Below are positions 49,137 to 61,500 of a DNA stretch of 64,000 nucleotides, piece by piece; positions within the stretch are counted from its first letter, which is position 1, and the number at the start of each line of letters is the position of its first letter. The notes beneath the pieces are model-generated. The model did not search any database. It was given only the letters and a program-made list of their open reading frames with translations, and was not told where the DNA came from. Origin of the DNA: Trypanosoma brucei (Eukaryota); contig AL929603.2 in assembly GCA_000002445.1 (NCBI GenBank), forward strand, positions 64,001 to 128,000, in the 5' to 3' direction. The position numbers and the translations under genes are program-made.

Positions 49137-52100
49137 ATGTCAGGAAACCAAGGAAGAAAGCGACAGCGCAGCTCATCACCTGAGCAGTCAGAAGCTTTAA
49201 AGGAACCATCAACTACTGAACAAAATAAACTCACCACCGTTACAATCACCGAAGAGACGCGTGACGCCGGTAATGATGAAACTGTGATATCATTACTGAA
49301 TGAGCATGAGAAATTGATTAAACAAACGACACGGCTGGAAAGCAGTGTGAAGGCACTTAAATGTTTCATGAGTAATCTCACAGCTATGAGTGGCGAAAGG
49401 CAAGGTGGTGTGTGTGATGACACCGAATGCATACATAGAGTAACATTATATAATGCTGCTGATAATGCCTTCAGTGACGAAGGACTATATGAAGGTGCTC
49501 TTTCCTCACTCTGTGGCCGTATTCAAGCTAAGAAATTAACCATCACGTTATCAAAGGGTTGGAAATTTAACTCACGACAAGTCAGTAAGCTAAAGCAGTT
49601 AGAAGAGTTACGCATTGAATATCCGCGTGGAAAACTTGTGAATATGATATCTTTGAAGAGACTGCAAATGTTGAAAAGGCTTTGTCTCAGGAGCAACAAT
49701 ATTGACAACAATGACGGTCGTCACTTATTCAATATTGGAACATTGGAGGAGTTGGCTATTACTGATACCATGCAACTGACAAATATCAGAGGAATCTCTC
49801 GCTTGACTAACCTGAAGTGTCTTGAGTTAAATTCCACAAATATTGACGACAGCTGTGTGGAGGAAATAAGTGCATGTGCTAAACTGTCCAAACTGTGTAT
49901 ATCTAAATGCAACAATATCACAGACGCGACACCAATTTCACAACTTGCAGCGCTGGAAGAGTTGAATCTAAGCAATTGCCACATAACGAAGGGAATAGGA
50001 ACACTTGGCATGTTGTTGCGACTGCGTATGCTTGACTTGAGTGGTGTTCCTGTGGAAGATAATTGTCTGAAGGATTTGTGTGACTGTGGGTCTCTTGAAA
50101 GGCTGAACATTTCTTATCGTATTCAGCTGACAGATATCAATCCACTCTCCAATGCCACTGCTATTGAGGAATTGAACCTTAACGGTTGTCGCCGAATAAC
50201 ACGGGGGATAGGCGTTGTGTGGGCATTACCAAAGCTCCGTGTATTGCACATGAAGGATGTGCACCTGAGCGAGCCATCTCTCGATTCAGTTGGGACTGGT
50301 GGACCACTTGTAAAGGTCAGTCTTGATAACTGCGCAGGCTTTGGTGATATGACACTCTTATCCAGCATTGTTACACTCGAGGAGCTGAATATTCAAAAAT
50401 GTGCTGACATCATTAGTGGTGTGGGTTGCCTTGGTACACTGCCATACCTGCGTGTGCTTAACATAAAGGAGGCACACATCTCGTCCCTTGACTTTACTGG
50501 TATTGGTGCCTCAAAATCCCTTTTACAGCTCAATATGGAGAGTATCACGGGACTGAGTAATGTGGAAGCACTCGCCAACATTTTGACTCTGGAAAAACTA
50601 AGCCTTCACGGCTGCACGGGTATTGACGCAGGAATTGGATGTCTTGGAAACCTGCCACAGCTTAAAATGTTGGACCTGTCTGGCACAAATACCGACAATG
50701 AGTCTCTCAGAAGTTTATGCCTATCGCAGACAGTGGTGTCCCTCAACCTTTCCCATTGTTGGAAAATGACAAATGTGTCCCATATTTCAAGCCTCGAAGC
50801 ATTGAATGAACTGAATCTGAGCAACTGTTTTGGAATAAATGCAGGATGGGAAGCACTTGAAAAACTTCAGCAGCTACATGTGGCAATCCTCTCGAATACA
50901 CATATTACTGATAGAGACATATCCCATTTCAGCAACTGCAAAAACCTTATTACGCTTGATCTTTCTTTCTGCAATAAGTTACTTGATGTTACAGCTCTCT
51001 CTAACATCACTACGCTTGAGGAGTTGAATCTTGATAGTTGTTCAAACATCAGAAAAGGGCTGAGCGTTCTTGGAGAGTTGCCACGGCTTTGTGTGTTGAA
51101 CATAAAGGGTGTACAGTTGGAAGACTCAGTTATTGTTTCACTAGGGAATGGTAACTCATTTGTAAGGCTCAGTCTTGAGAACTGCAAAGGGTTTGGTGAT
51201 GTCGCGCCCCTCTCGAACCTTGTTACACTTGAGGAACTGAATCTCCACTACTGTGACAAAGTAACCTCTGGAATGGGAACACTGGGCAGGCTACCGCAGC
51301 TTCGTGTACTGGATTTGGGACGGACACAAGTTGATGATAATTCCCTTGAGAATATCTGCACATGCTCAAGCCCACTTGTATCATTAAATCTTTCGAATTG
51401 CAAGAAAATAACATCTATTTCTGCAATAGCTTCCCTTACAGCATTGGAGGAACTCAACATTGACAACTGCTGTAATGTAACATCCGGCTGGAATGTATTT
51501 GGTACACTTCACCAACTGCGTGTAGCCACACTGTCGAATACACGCACTAATGATGAAAACGTACGGCACGTTAGCGAGTGCAAGTCTTTGAATACACTCA
51601 ACCTTGCGTTTTGCAAAGATATAACAGACGTCACAGCACTTTCTAAAATTACCATGCTTGAGGAGTTGAACCTTGATTGTTGCCATAACATCAGAAAAGG
51701 TATTGAAACTCTTGGAACGCTTCCCAAGGCACGTATCCTAAGCATGAAGGAATGTTACATGGGAGACGGATATGCGCAACAATGTTCCATCCTTGGGAAT
51801 AGTAAGTCACTTGTGAAACTGAATCTTGAGAGGTCAAGAGGGCGCATATCTGTGAAAGCTCTGTCTAACGTTGCGACGTTGGAGGAATTGGTACTCGATC
51901 ATGCACGGAAAGTATGTTGTATACCGTCATTTTCCTGTCTACCGCGCCTTCGAGTACTGAATCTGAAATATACGGATATCAATGGTGATGTAACTAAAAA
52001 TATTTCCGAATCAAAATCGCTGCGATCACTCAACTTATCACATTGCAAATGGGTAACTGATATATCAGTATTATCTTCCTTATTGACACTGGAGGAGCTG

Positions 52101-53318
52101 AATGTTAACTGCTGCAATGGAATACGAAAAGGCTGGGAGTCGCTCGGAAAGCTGCCTCTACTACGTGTGGCAATTCTATCTGATACTAAAATCACCGCTA
52201 AAGATATAGCTTGCCTCAGCAGTTGCAAAAAGCTGGTGAAACTAAAGTTCTTCCAGTGTGAGAAGTTGTCAGATGTTACGGTGGTGTATAAAATTCAATC
52301 ACTGGAGGAGCTGATAGTTACGAGCTGTTCAGACGGCCTCAAGGGACTGAATGCCCTTGGTACACTCCCACGGTTGCGTTTTCACCATCTGCGAAATGTG
52401 AGAGGTAGTGATATATCTGTTGAATCTATTGGGACGAGCAAATCTCTCGTGAGGCTTCATATTGAAGTGGGCGAGGAGTTGACAGATATAACACCCCTCT
52501 CCAACATCACGTCCCTTGAGGAATTGTCATTGCGGGATTACCGTAAACCCCCGGAAGGAGTCGGGACACTTGGGAAACTGCCACGGCTTAAATCGCTGGA
52601 TCTCGGTTTATCTCGCATTAGCGATAGCACACTTTATTGTATTTGTCTGTCTCGATCAATTACGTCACTTAACCTAGACTCCAGTTGGAAACTAACAGAC
52701 ATATCTCATATATCAAATCTTACGGCACTGGAGGAATTGAATCTGGGAGGATGTTACTACATAACTTCAGGCTGGGAAGCACTAAGCGAATTACCACGAC
52801 TTCGTGTGCTCAACTTGGAATTCACCAGAGCTACGACGCGTGACGGTGGATACTATATCAGCAGATGCAAATACCTCGTCACACTCAACCTTGAATTGTG
52901 TGATATGACCGATGCTTCATGTCTTGCTAATATCAAGACACTGGAGGAGTTGCATATAGGAGGATGCGACGAGCTAACGCAGGGGTTTAGTGCACTTTTC
53001 ACTCTTCCACAGTTGCGCATTCTTAACTTGATTTGTTCTCTTATTACAGATGAAGATCTCAGGGAAATTCAACCACCCCATACCATTGAGGAGCTCAATC
53101 TTTCTTATTGTGTGGAGCTTAATGATATTACACCACTTGGGAGGATAAAATCAATTAAAAAATTGCATCTCCGTCAGAGACATGATGTCAGAAGGCCTAC
53201 AGAAGGATTCAGGAGTCTTTTGGAATTGCCATGTCTTTCTTGGGTTGACCTAGACAACGTGTATGGCTGGTCTGATGTTTCTTGTGAACTGAGAAAAAGG
53301 AGAGTACATATCCGTTAA
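49137..53318 (+). CDS. LRRP: Leucine-rich repeat protein (LRRP-like), 1393 aa from the ATG at 49137. The ORF-track start at 48972 gives 1448 aa. A basic N-terminal region (GNQGRKRQRSSSPE, NLS-like) is followed by about 50 LRRs arranged in super-repeats of about 70 aa. There is no RING finger.
   Basis: A continuous 4.3-kb ORF. The L..L.L..C..ITD...LS.L..LEELNL periodicity runs from about 49614 to the C-terminus. The higher-order unit (LEELNL.NC..I..G...LG.LP.LRVL.L..T.I.D..L..I...KSL..L.L..C..ITD...LS...T) recurs about 17 times. The first in-frame ATG after the poly-Y tract is 49137. Confidence 0.8.
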   Translation: MSGNQGRKRQRSSSPEQSEALKEPSTTEQNKLTTVTITEETRDAGNDETVISLLNEHEKLIKQTTRLESSVKALKCFMSNLTAMSGERQGGVCDDTECIHRVTLYNAADNAFSDEGLYEGALSSLCGRIQAKKLTITLSKGWKFNSRQVSKLKQLEELRIEYPRGKLVNMISLKRLQMLKRLCLRSNNIDNNDGRHLFNIGTLEELAITDTMQLTNIRGISRLTNLKCLELNSTNIDDSCVEEISACAKLSKLCISKCNNITDATPISQLAALEELNLSNCHITKGIGTLGMLLRLRMLDLSGVPVEDNCLKDLCDCGSLERLNISYRIQLTDINPLSNATAIEELNLNGCRRITRGIGVVWALPKLRVLHMKDVHLSEPSLDSVGTGGPLVKVSLDNCAGFGDMTLLSSIVTLEELNIQKCADIISGVGCLGTLPYLRVLNIKEAHISSLDFTGIGASKSLLQLNMESITGLSNVEALANILTLEKLSLHGCTGIDAGIGCLGNLPQLKMLDLSGTNTDNESLRSLCLSQTVVSLNLSHCWKMTNVSHISSLEALNELNLSNCFGINAGWEALEKLQQLHVAILSNTHITDRDISHFSNCKNLITLDLSFCNKLLDVTALSNITTLEELNLDSCSNIRKGLSVLGELPRLCVLNIKGVQLEDSVIVSLGNGNSFVRLSLENCKGFGDVAPLSNLVTLEELNLHYCDKVTSGMGTLGRLPQLRVLDLGRTQVDDNSLENICTCSSPLVSLNLSNCKKITSISAIASLTALEELNIDNCCNVTSGWNVFGTLHQLRVATLSNTRTNDENVRHVSECKSLNTLNLAFCKDITDVTALSKITMLEELNLDCCHNIRKGIETLGTLPKARILSMKECYMGDGYAQQCSILGNSKSLVKLNLERSRGRISVKALSNVATLEELVLDHARKVCCIPSFSCLPRLRVLNLKYTDINGDVTKNISESKSLRSLNLSHCKWVTDISVLSSLLTLEELNVNCCNGIRKGWESLGKLPLLRVAILSDTKITAKDIACLSSCKKLVKLKFFQCEKLSDVTVVYKIQSLEELIVTSCSDGLKGLNALGTLPRLRFHHLRNVRGSDISVESIGTSKSLVRLHIEVGEELTDITPLSNITSLEELSLRDYRKPPEGVGTLGKLPRLKSLDLGLSRISDSTLYCICLSRSITSLNLDSSWKLTDISHISNLTALEELNLGGCYYITSGWEALSELPRLRVLNLEFTRATTRDGGYYISRCKYLVTLNLELCDMTDASCLANIKTLEELHIGGCDELTQGFSALFTLPQLRILNLICSLITDEDLREIQPPHTIEELNLSYCVELNDITPLGRIKSIKKLHLRQRHDVRRPTEGFRSLLELPCLSWVDLDNVYGWSDVSCELRKRRVHIR

Positions 53319-56300
53319 TATTTGATCCATTGCTTCACTTTGTATAATTTAGCAACTTATTGCTGAGAATACGTTATTAAATTTAACAGCCAGTTTGAGT
53401 GGTTCGCTCACTGTAGGCACTATTACTCAAACAGATACCAGTAACAATTCATACGGATGATATTGTATGTTACACTATCTTAAATACGAGAAATACGAAG
53501 ATCTCATTACAGTCATGTAAGCGTTTAACAAATTAGTAAGTCATACCAATCATATATTGTGAAGAATAAAGAACAGTTAGGAAGGTGCGTGTGCGTGTAT
53601 GTGACAAGCTTTTTTCTCAATGGAAATTTTGATTTTAGTTGTAAGCGTAGTAATTATTGTATTATTCTCGTTCATATTACAACTATACCAAATGAACATA
53701 TCATTATATTGTATGCCATTCTAACTTTATGACTACACATCCACACACATATATATTGAATTATTATTACTATTTCTATCGTTCTTATTGTTATTACATG
53801 AAACACAACATTCACATTTAATTTTTACTCATAGCCACACCTGAAAAGTAAAAGCACTCAACATTCTGCAGTACTGTATACCTTTCAATGATATGAGGAG
53901 GTGAAGTTTATATACCATTAAAGTATAGTGAATATATTTCATTATTCTTATTATTATTTGCTTTACTGAAAGAAATGACAGAGTGACTTTACAATAAATT
54001 ATATCAGAGCAGCATCTTAACCACCAATTTGCTACACAGGAAGAGGATAATACAACACATCACGTGTCTCGTGATTCTTTTTTACACTTGCCACTGGTAT
54101 ATCTACATTCTCAAACAGTGCGATTGAATATTCTCGTTTCATTAAAATATTATATTATAACTTGTTGTATTTGTTTGGTTTTTTAATAACATAATTTATT
54201 TTATTACATTTCCTTTCAGAATTATTTGGGCCAAACTTTTGTGAAGATGTCATACAATCTGAATTCCCTTGCGCAGCAAAGGGTTGTGTACCGCCTTAAC
54301 CCATTAACATTTGTGCTACATGTGCATGGGAAAGTGTATTAAACATTTCACTGGTTTTGGGAAATATTATTTTCTTTCTTACAACATGATGCCTCAGAAG
54401 AACTGAAGGCGAGAGCAGATCCTTTCATTCATTTTATTTTCCTTTTCTCACCGTATCCGTATATGTTTATGACTTTCCAGAAAACACTGCTGGGGTAAAT
54501 TATGTATTTCTTCATATTTACTTTTTATTTGACAACAACAAGAAAGGGATTTCCTCCTCACACACTTAAATTAATTAGACACTGCTGTTAACTGATAAGT
54601 TACAGACAGCCGCACATTTAAGTTACACAAATCCACACCGATTCGAAATAGTAAAATATCAAATATTATGTATTTATTTGAGAAAAAAAAGAGACGAAAA
54701 GAAGCGCTGCATCTGAAGCAAGATGCATGTGAGTTCGAAGAACAACTGTCATTTGAATATCATATCCCCAAATTGTTTTGATTACATTATTAGCAGTAAA
54801 TGCTTACGGAACTTGGGAAGTGAATGACTACTGAAATTAGAAGCATGAGGACGCACCGCGATGGCACATGAAAGTAACATTGGTGGGATTTTTATATATT
54901 GGAAAGTGGAGTGGCTTTAAGGTGTTTTACATGATGTTTAGTTGGAGATTGAAATAATTCAAAAAGCAGTGAAAGACTGTTATGATACAGGAATCTTTTC
55001 GTTTACTAATTTCAAGCTCACTCCCGCGACGCACTATTTTCGGTTTGCATTGCAGGAGGTGGTATGATATATGCAACCGCTTATTTCTTATTTATTTATT
55101 TTTGCGAGTTTATATAAGTGTGGTTTGGTGGCGTGGAAAATTTTAGCATGTGGTTAATGTCTTTATGACAAGAAACTGCTCTGCTCGAGCGATGGTATTG
55201 GAAGGTTAAATATAAATTATATGTTTTATGAGTTAATCAAATGCTGAATGCTTCAACTGACTCACTCTTCAAACCAAAACACTTTCTCAGCTTTTCCACT
55301 CTCAGCTAAAAATGTAGTTCAGTTTCCAAACAGCACACCACATCTCATTCACCATCGGGTAAAGAGATATTTGTATGGGCAACACGAAAGTGGAGAAGTG
55401 CAGAAAGTAGAAATAAAGAATATATATATATATATCGAATTATGTTGGAACTGCAGGTATCATTCAACCTAAGAGTAAAAACACCCTTCCTTCTGTTGTG
55501 AGCCGCAACCATGCCGTGATGAAGTTACAAGTGGAAGGAGTTGACTCAAATCATTCATCACCTAATCTCTGTAATGTGAATATGTTTGTTGAGAGATATT
55601 CGTATGTTAATGAGAGACCATTATGCAGAGGGAAGAACAGCCGACGACTGCAACCTAAAACCCGTAATTTGCGGACTGTGATAAACTTTAATAGTTTCAT
55701 TTTATTATGTAAAGATGGCATCAGCAGATTATACTTGTAAGCTGTTTGAAGTCAAAACAACGATACACGGAAGGGAATGTACAAGTGGTGATTTAAATCG
55801 TATGTTTATGAGAAATTTGTAGTGTGAATCAACTGTTGAAATATGTTGTGCGACATTAACACCAGATTTTTTTTTTTCATATTATTCTTCTTTTCTTTTT
55901 TTTTTTGCTTGTCTGTCGAACAATCTGAGGTTTAGTTGATATATTCCTGAGTTTCATCACATGTGTTGCTGTTTATATAATACTAATCGTTACAAACTAA
56001 ATATCTGCAGTAAGTATATTAAAAGCATACGATTTGTCACCACCTCTTGTTTAATTTCTCTTTATTCAAACGGCACTTTCTTTTAATCTTGTAAATAATT
56101 TTTTTATCGTTGTTTCATTTGTTTGTACCCTTCATCCTCTGCGCACAGTGTTGTATTTATTTGCTTCTACACGCTCGCAAAAAAAAAAATATATATATAT
56201 ATATATCATTTTTAAACAAATCGCTTTTGTGACTGATGTTTGTTCGGTTTGCATCGTATTATAAGTGGAATGTAAGATTCGTTGATTAAACATTTCATGG

Positions 56301-57989
56301 CGCATCATTACCAATTTGTTTGCTATGAACTCACAATTAACCATGAGAAAGGTTTTTACGACTCATACTCCCTGCATAAGTGCAATGCACTGAAGGAATG
56401 TAATTTAATTAATTAATCTATTTATTTTTTATTACTATCATTTTTATTACCATTATTATTGTCAGTATTAATATTCAGGTTTTCATCCATCACTATTTTA
56501 TTATTTATATTTTCTTTCCAACATCTGTTTCAAGAAACATGGTCGATTGGAAATAATGTAAACATCAATGGTTAGAGAAACTTTGATTTGCCTTGAGCGT
56601 GCAGATGCGCACAGTTCAAAAGGTTTCAGAAAGGTGATGGGGAACTTTAACCATATTTTTTATTACTGAATTCTTTCTCTCAAATGTTTTTGTTCTTTTG
56701 TATTGCACTTACATTCAAAACCAATTGGGCAGCGCTTCGAAGACAGTCAAGTGGCGTATGGAAATATTTGCGTATTGGTGGTTCTTTAAATTGTGATGAT
56801 TACGTTCCTAACGGTGATGGAAAAAAATTAACATATGAATGTGTGTTCAATAATAATAATTATTATTAAATGCCAAGTTCCCTTACATTTTGTATCAAAT
56901 AGTGAGTCTTTTTTTTAATCTCATTTTTTTAAAATGCGTATCGAGGTTTAGGAGGCACAATGTTGCTTAAAACTCAACTCTCACGAAAATGACACAAATT
57001 AAGGGAAGCTTCTATCGCAGCCACCATTTCCATGTGTGCAACAGTAATCGAGTCATTGTAACAATATATTTTTTGCGCGTGTGAAGTGTGAAATCCTCAT
57101 GAGAACTCAAAATTTACTACAATAATACTCATTATGCAAGGTGCTTTGAGTGGGTAAGGCGGCGCAGACTCAAATATCCAAAACAATTTATTTTCCCATA
57201 TGGCGGAACGAACGGAAACTGTAGTGAAACACACACTGCAAAGCGAGAAAAGTATATCTCCTGGTGCCGACACTCTCCAACGATGTGAACACAAACTCTT
57301 CATTTACGAACAGGAGGCTTCAGTTTGTTTATTTGTTTGTTTGTTTTTGAATCCATTCCTCACACCAGCGTCCAACATTAAATACAGGGAATTCAGAAAC
57401 TTTATCATGACCATTATTGTTGTGTCTTGTAAGATGATGCATATTTTATGATAGGAACTTACTGGGCACCAGCAGCCAACAAAGAAATACGAAAGAATAC
57501 AACAGTGATAAACATATATTACCTTGAAGTTACATGTGTACATTTGCGCGGAATTAGCTCAGTGGTGTTTGCGAACTCAGAGAATGAGGAAAACCAACAG
57601 TCAGATGAAATGAATAAAATACCAAATGTCGTGCATTCCTTGGAGGCATGAAAATAGATTCAATAACGCTAAGGTGTGACAGCAATGAGGCATGCCTCTG
57701 CTTGTAAACATGCGTTAAAAAGAGGGGAAATGTCAGTGAATACCTGAGGCAGCGCCAAAACTATTTTTTTTAATGGCCACCATGCTGCAGTAGAGCACTG
57801 TGGAAATATTTTCATTGGATAGAAAAATGTGTGTGGAAAGCTTATTAAAATTATTTGAAATTTATAACTGTTCTATCTGAGTAACCATGTGCGTCCTTTA
57901 GTATAGGAATCCCTTTGCGATAAAGCTTTTGTATCCTTTAAAAGGAAACACTAAGAAGCCGAATTAGTTAGAAAAGTAAAGCAAATATT

Positions 57990-58517
57990 TTAATCAAGAA
58001 CAATACTCAACATTTTGCTTCAGGACACCAGACACTTATTCTGGGAGAAAAGCGTCTGAGGGAACGTGAAGCAAGAGGTGATAATGTTTTCAGTTTATAT
58101 GGCTCCGTATGCAATTCAAAGTGGAGTGACATTATAATGGACAATGGAACTCAAATGCTGGGCATGAAGTTTGTTGATGGAACGCGTGCTGATGATATAA
58201 TGTGGAAAGATGAAGAAGTTAATGTCGTCCCCAAAATTGAGGAAACTTTTGAACATAAGCCGGAACGCACGGGAAGGAGGTGAAGCAACGGTTCCAACAT
58301 CTTAAATGGAGTGGTCGTACTCACAGTTTAATATTTAAATTCACAATGACATTCTCATTCAGAGAAAGGACTGGAGACTGAAATGTTGTGGAAAGAAAGC
58401 TCTGCGCTTGGCCAGCTGAGGAAACTCGAATACTAAGACACGCACCAAATCCTTACATTGTGATTGGAAACTCCAGAATCAGTAAGTCACTGGCCATCGG
58501 CTCACTTCTCCTTCACA
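57990..58517 (+). pseudogene. RHS: Highly degenerate RHS pseudogene, 5' fragment up to the hot spot (…YIVIGNSRISKSLAIGSLLLH).
   Basis: Weak but collinear similarity to the RHS region ...LKGVYDSIYNATWGYVESG...LGMKVFNG...WTKEEVDVSHTP...LIGTPGIGKSFSVGSLLLY. The window has YGSVCNSKWSDIIMDNGTQMLGMKFVDG...MWKDEEVNVVPKIEE...IVIGNSRISKSLAIGSLLLH. The reading frame is broken by stops. Confidence 0.55.
58506..58517. repeat. Target-site duplication, 5' copy, of ingi-2 (ttctccttcaca).
   Basis: These 12 nt precede the ingi 5' end (ccctggcgatgcc at 58518). They are a 12/12 match to 63724..63735. Confidence 0.85.
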
Positions 58518-61500
58518 CCCTGGCGATGCCGGCCACCTCAACGTGGTGCCAGGGTCCAGTACCCCGTATCATCGGGGGAAGCCAAGAGCCAGCAGAGTTC
58601 CTTTCATGGGGAACACTGCTGTGCTCCGGCTACGGCATCATACAGCACAGGGATCAGCAGCGTCTTGCTGGGACACCGTTTTTCATTTGTCGGTCCCTGG
58701 GCACGTGCCAGCGTGCCATCAGCAGTATCATCCGCACTAAGATGCTGCTGTCCGGTGATGTGGAAGAGAATCCCGGCCCGTCGTTGCGCGGGATGCAGTG
58801 GAACTGCGCCGGGCTATCTCAAGGAAAGAGATTAGCACTCCACAAAACCCTTGTTGATGAGCGGATCGCCTTTTGTCTGTTGAGCGAGACAAGGATGACG
58901 CCTGGAGAGGCGGCTTGCTTTAGCGTTGCTGGCTACCAACATCACGGAATAGCTCGTAACTGCAAAGGAGGTGGTGTATCAATACTAGTGAGGGAGGACC
59001 TACCAGTCGAGACCGGTATGGCCGTTGTTGGTCGCATTGAAAAAGTGCATGCAACAATTCACCTTGCACGTGGAACGGCGCTGACTGTCACGTCGGCATA
59101 CATCCCACCAGAACACACCTTCACGGCAACTGACCTAGATACGCTTCTGACGACTGACGGTGCCCAGCTCATCGGTGCAGACGCTAACGCACACGCGTTG
59201 GCATGGGATCGCGCGAGCCCGCCAAATACCAAGGGTGAAACCCTCACACAGTGGTGCATTGACAACCAGTTTCTGGTATGCAACACTGGTGAGTGCACCA
59301 GGTACGCGCGCCACTACGGGGAGTCCACCCCTGATGTGACACTGTCAAGGAATTGCACAGTGTACACGTGGACATCGCTGTATTCTCCCGATAGCGATCA
59401 CCATCACATATTTTTCGACGTTATCGTTGGAGACGACACAGGTGCACTGAGTTGCCCGCGGCTTCAAAAGCCCATGTACGCATGGCTAAAAGCTAACTGG
59501 AGGAATTTCCGTCTCAAGGTTGACGAGCTCTGCAGGAAAATTGGTAGAGAGAAGAATGTCAACACCCTGGAACAGAAATTGAGCTCCGCCATCCGCATTG
59601 GACACCTGAGCTCGCGAAACTCGATGAAGAGAGCGCTGGATGCGGACCCTCCCACCGAAGGGAAAAGTTGGTAGCCACGCGTAAGCAGATCCTGGACCGT
59701 ACCCCAAAGAAGAGATGGAGCACGCTATGCTCCAGACTTGCGGTGTCAGACCGCTGCAGTTGGCACATTGTCAAGAAGGTATATGCGCCACGACCACTAA
59801 CCACACCGGCTGTACTTGTTGATAACGCGGCCATCACGGACTACTGTCAAGCTGAGAGGTTCAGTAAACTGTACTCGTCCCGCGCAAGAAGGCACCCCGA
59901 CTCACACCCACCGGCACCAATAAAGACGATAGCGAGTGAGTTCAGTCCCATCACGATGGCTGAACTACGGAGATCGATCAAACTGCTACCGAGTGGATCC
60001 GCAGCCGGACCTGATTGCTTATACAACGAGGCACTGCAACATCTCGGTAGAACAGCGCTGAATGTTGTTCTGAGGCTATTCAATGAGAGCCTACGAACGG
60101 GAGTCGTGCCGCCTGCATGGAAGACTGGTGTTATCATCCCCATCCTGAAGGCCGGAAAAAAGGCGGAGGACCTCGATTCTTACAGGCCTGTGACGCTCAC
60201 GAGCTGTCTCTGCAAAGTCATGGAGCGCATAATTGCCGCGAGACTTAGAGACACTGTTGAGTCCCAGCTGACGCCGCAGCAATCAGGCTTTCGCCCCGGA
60301 TGCTCAACGCTCGAACAACTCCTGCACGTCCGCGCTGCCCTCTGCCGTCCCACGCACCAATCTCGTACGGGTGCTGTATTCGTTGACTACGAGAAGGCAT
60401 TTGATACAGTAGACCACGACAAAATTGCGAGGGAAATGCACAGAATGAAGGTATCATCCCACATTGTGAAGTGGTGCGTATCATTTCTGAGTAACCGAAC
60501 TGGCAGAGTGAGATTCAAGGAGAAACTCTCCAGAAGCAGAACATTTGAGCGAGGAGTGCCACAAGGAACTGTCCTTGGCCCAATCATGTTCATTATTGTC
60601 ATGAACTCGTTGAGCCAACGCCTTGCAGAGGTGCCGTTACTGCAGCACGGATTCTTTGCAGACGACCTAACGCTACTTGCGAGGCACACAGAGAGGGATG
60701 CCATCAACCACACACTACAGTGCGGTCTAAACGTGGTGTTACAGTGGTCAAAAGAGTACTTCATGTCTGTCAACGTAGCGAAAACAAAGTGCACACTCTT
60801 CGGGTGTATAGAGCGCCACCCCCTTACGTTGCAACTGGACGGCGAAAGAATAGGAGCTGACAGGACACCGAAGCTTCTAGGAGTAACATTCCAGTGTCTG
60901 CAAGGGATGGCAACACATGCGGCCGAAACGAGACGCAAGATGGACTTCCGACTACTGCAGATAGCAGCCATCTCAGCTTCTACATGGGGGCCAAGACGAC
61001 AAGTACTGAGAACTTTTTATCTAGCACTCGTACAGGCACACACCATGTATGGCATTGAGGTATGGTACTGGGACGCTTCGGAACGAAGTCGCGACCTCCT
61101 TGCATCAGCACAACACAAAGCCAGTCGCATCATAGCCGGCATACCGCATGGGACGCGCAAAGAGGACTCTCTGCTGGAAGCAAACCTCCTGCCACTCAAG
61201 ACGGCCACTCTTGTGCGCAGCATGAAATTCATGCTGATGTGTGAGTCACGAGGCGGATGTTTGCGGCGCAGTGCTGAAGAAGTATACCACAGCAAACACC
61301 CAGTCAGAGTCTTACATTCCCGCATCATGCGGTCCTACCCCCACCTCCGCATTGAGCCACGCGAGCACCCACTAGAGACATCGACGCTCCGCCACAGCTG
61401 CCGACCGATATTTCACACGCAGATAAAGCCTGTGTGCGCTGATGACCCTGACGATGTCAAAAGGGAGGCTTCCGAAAAGTGGATTGAACGACATTTTGCA

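Noticed and set aside
57544-57580. tRNA-like start gcggaattagctcagtggt.
   Set aside because: It resembles only the acceptor and D-arm consensus. No anticodon stem, T-loop (GTTCGA/GGTTCGAATCC) or 3' acceptor complement follows. I take it as a chance match in AT-rich intergenic DNA.
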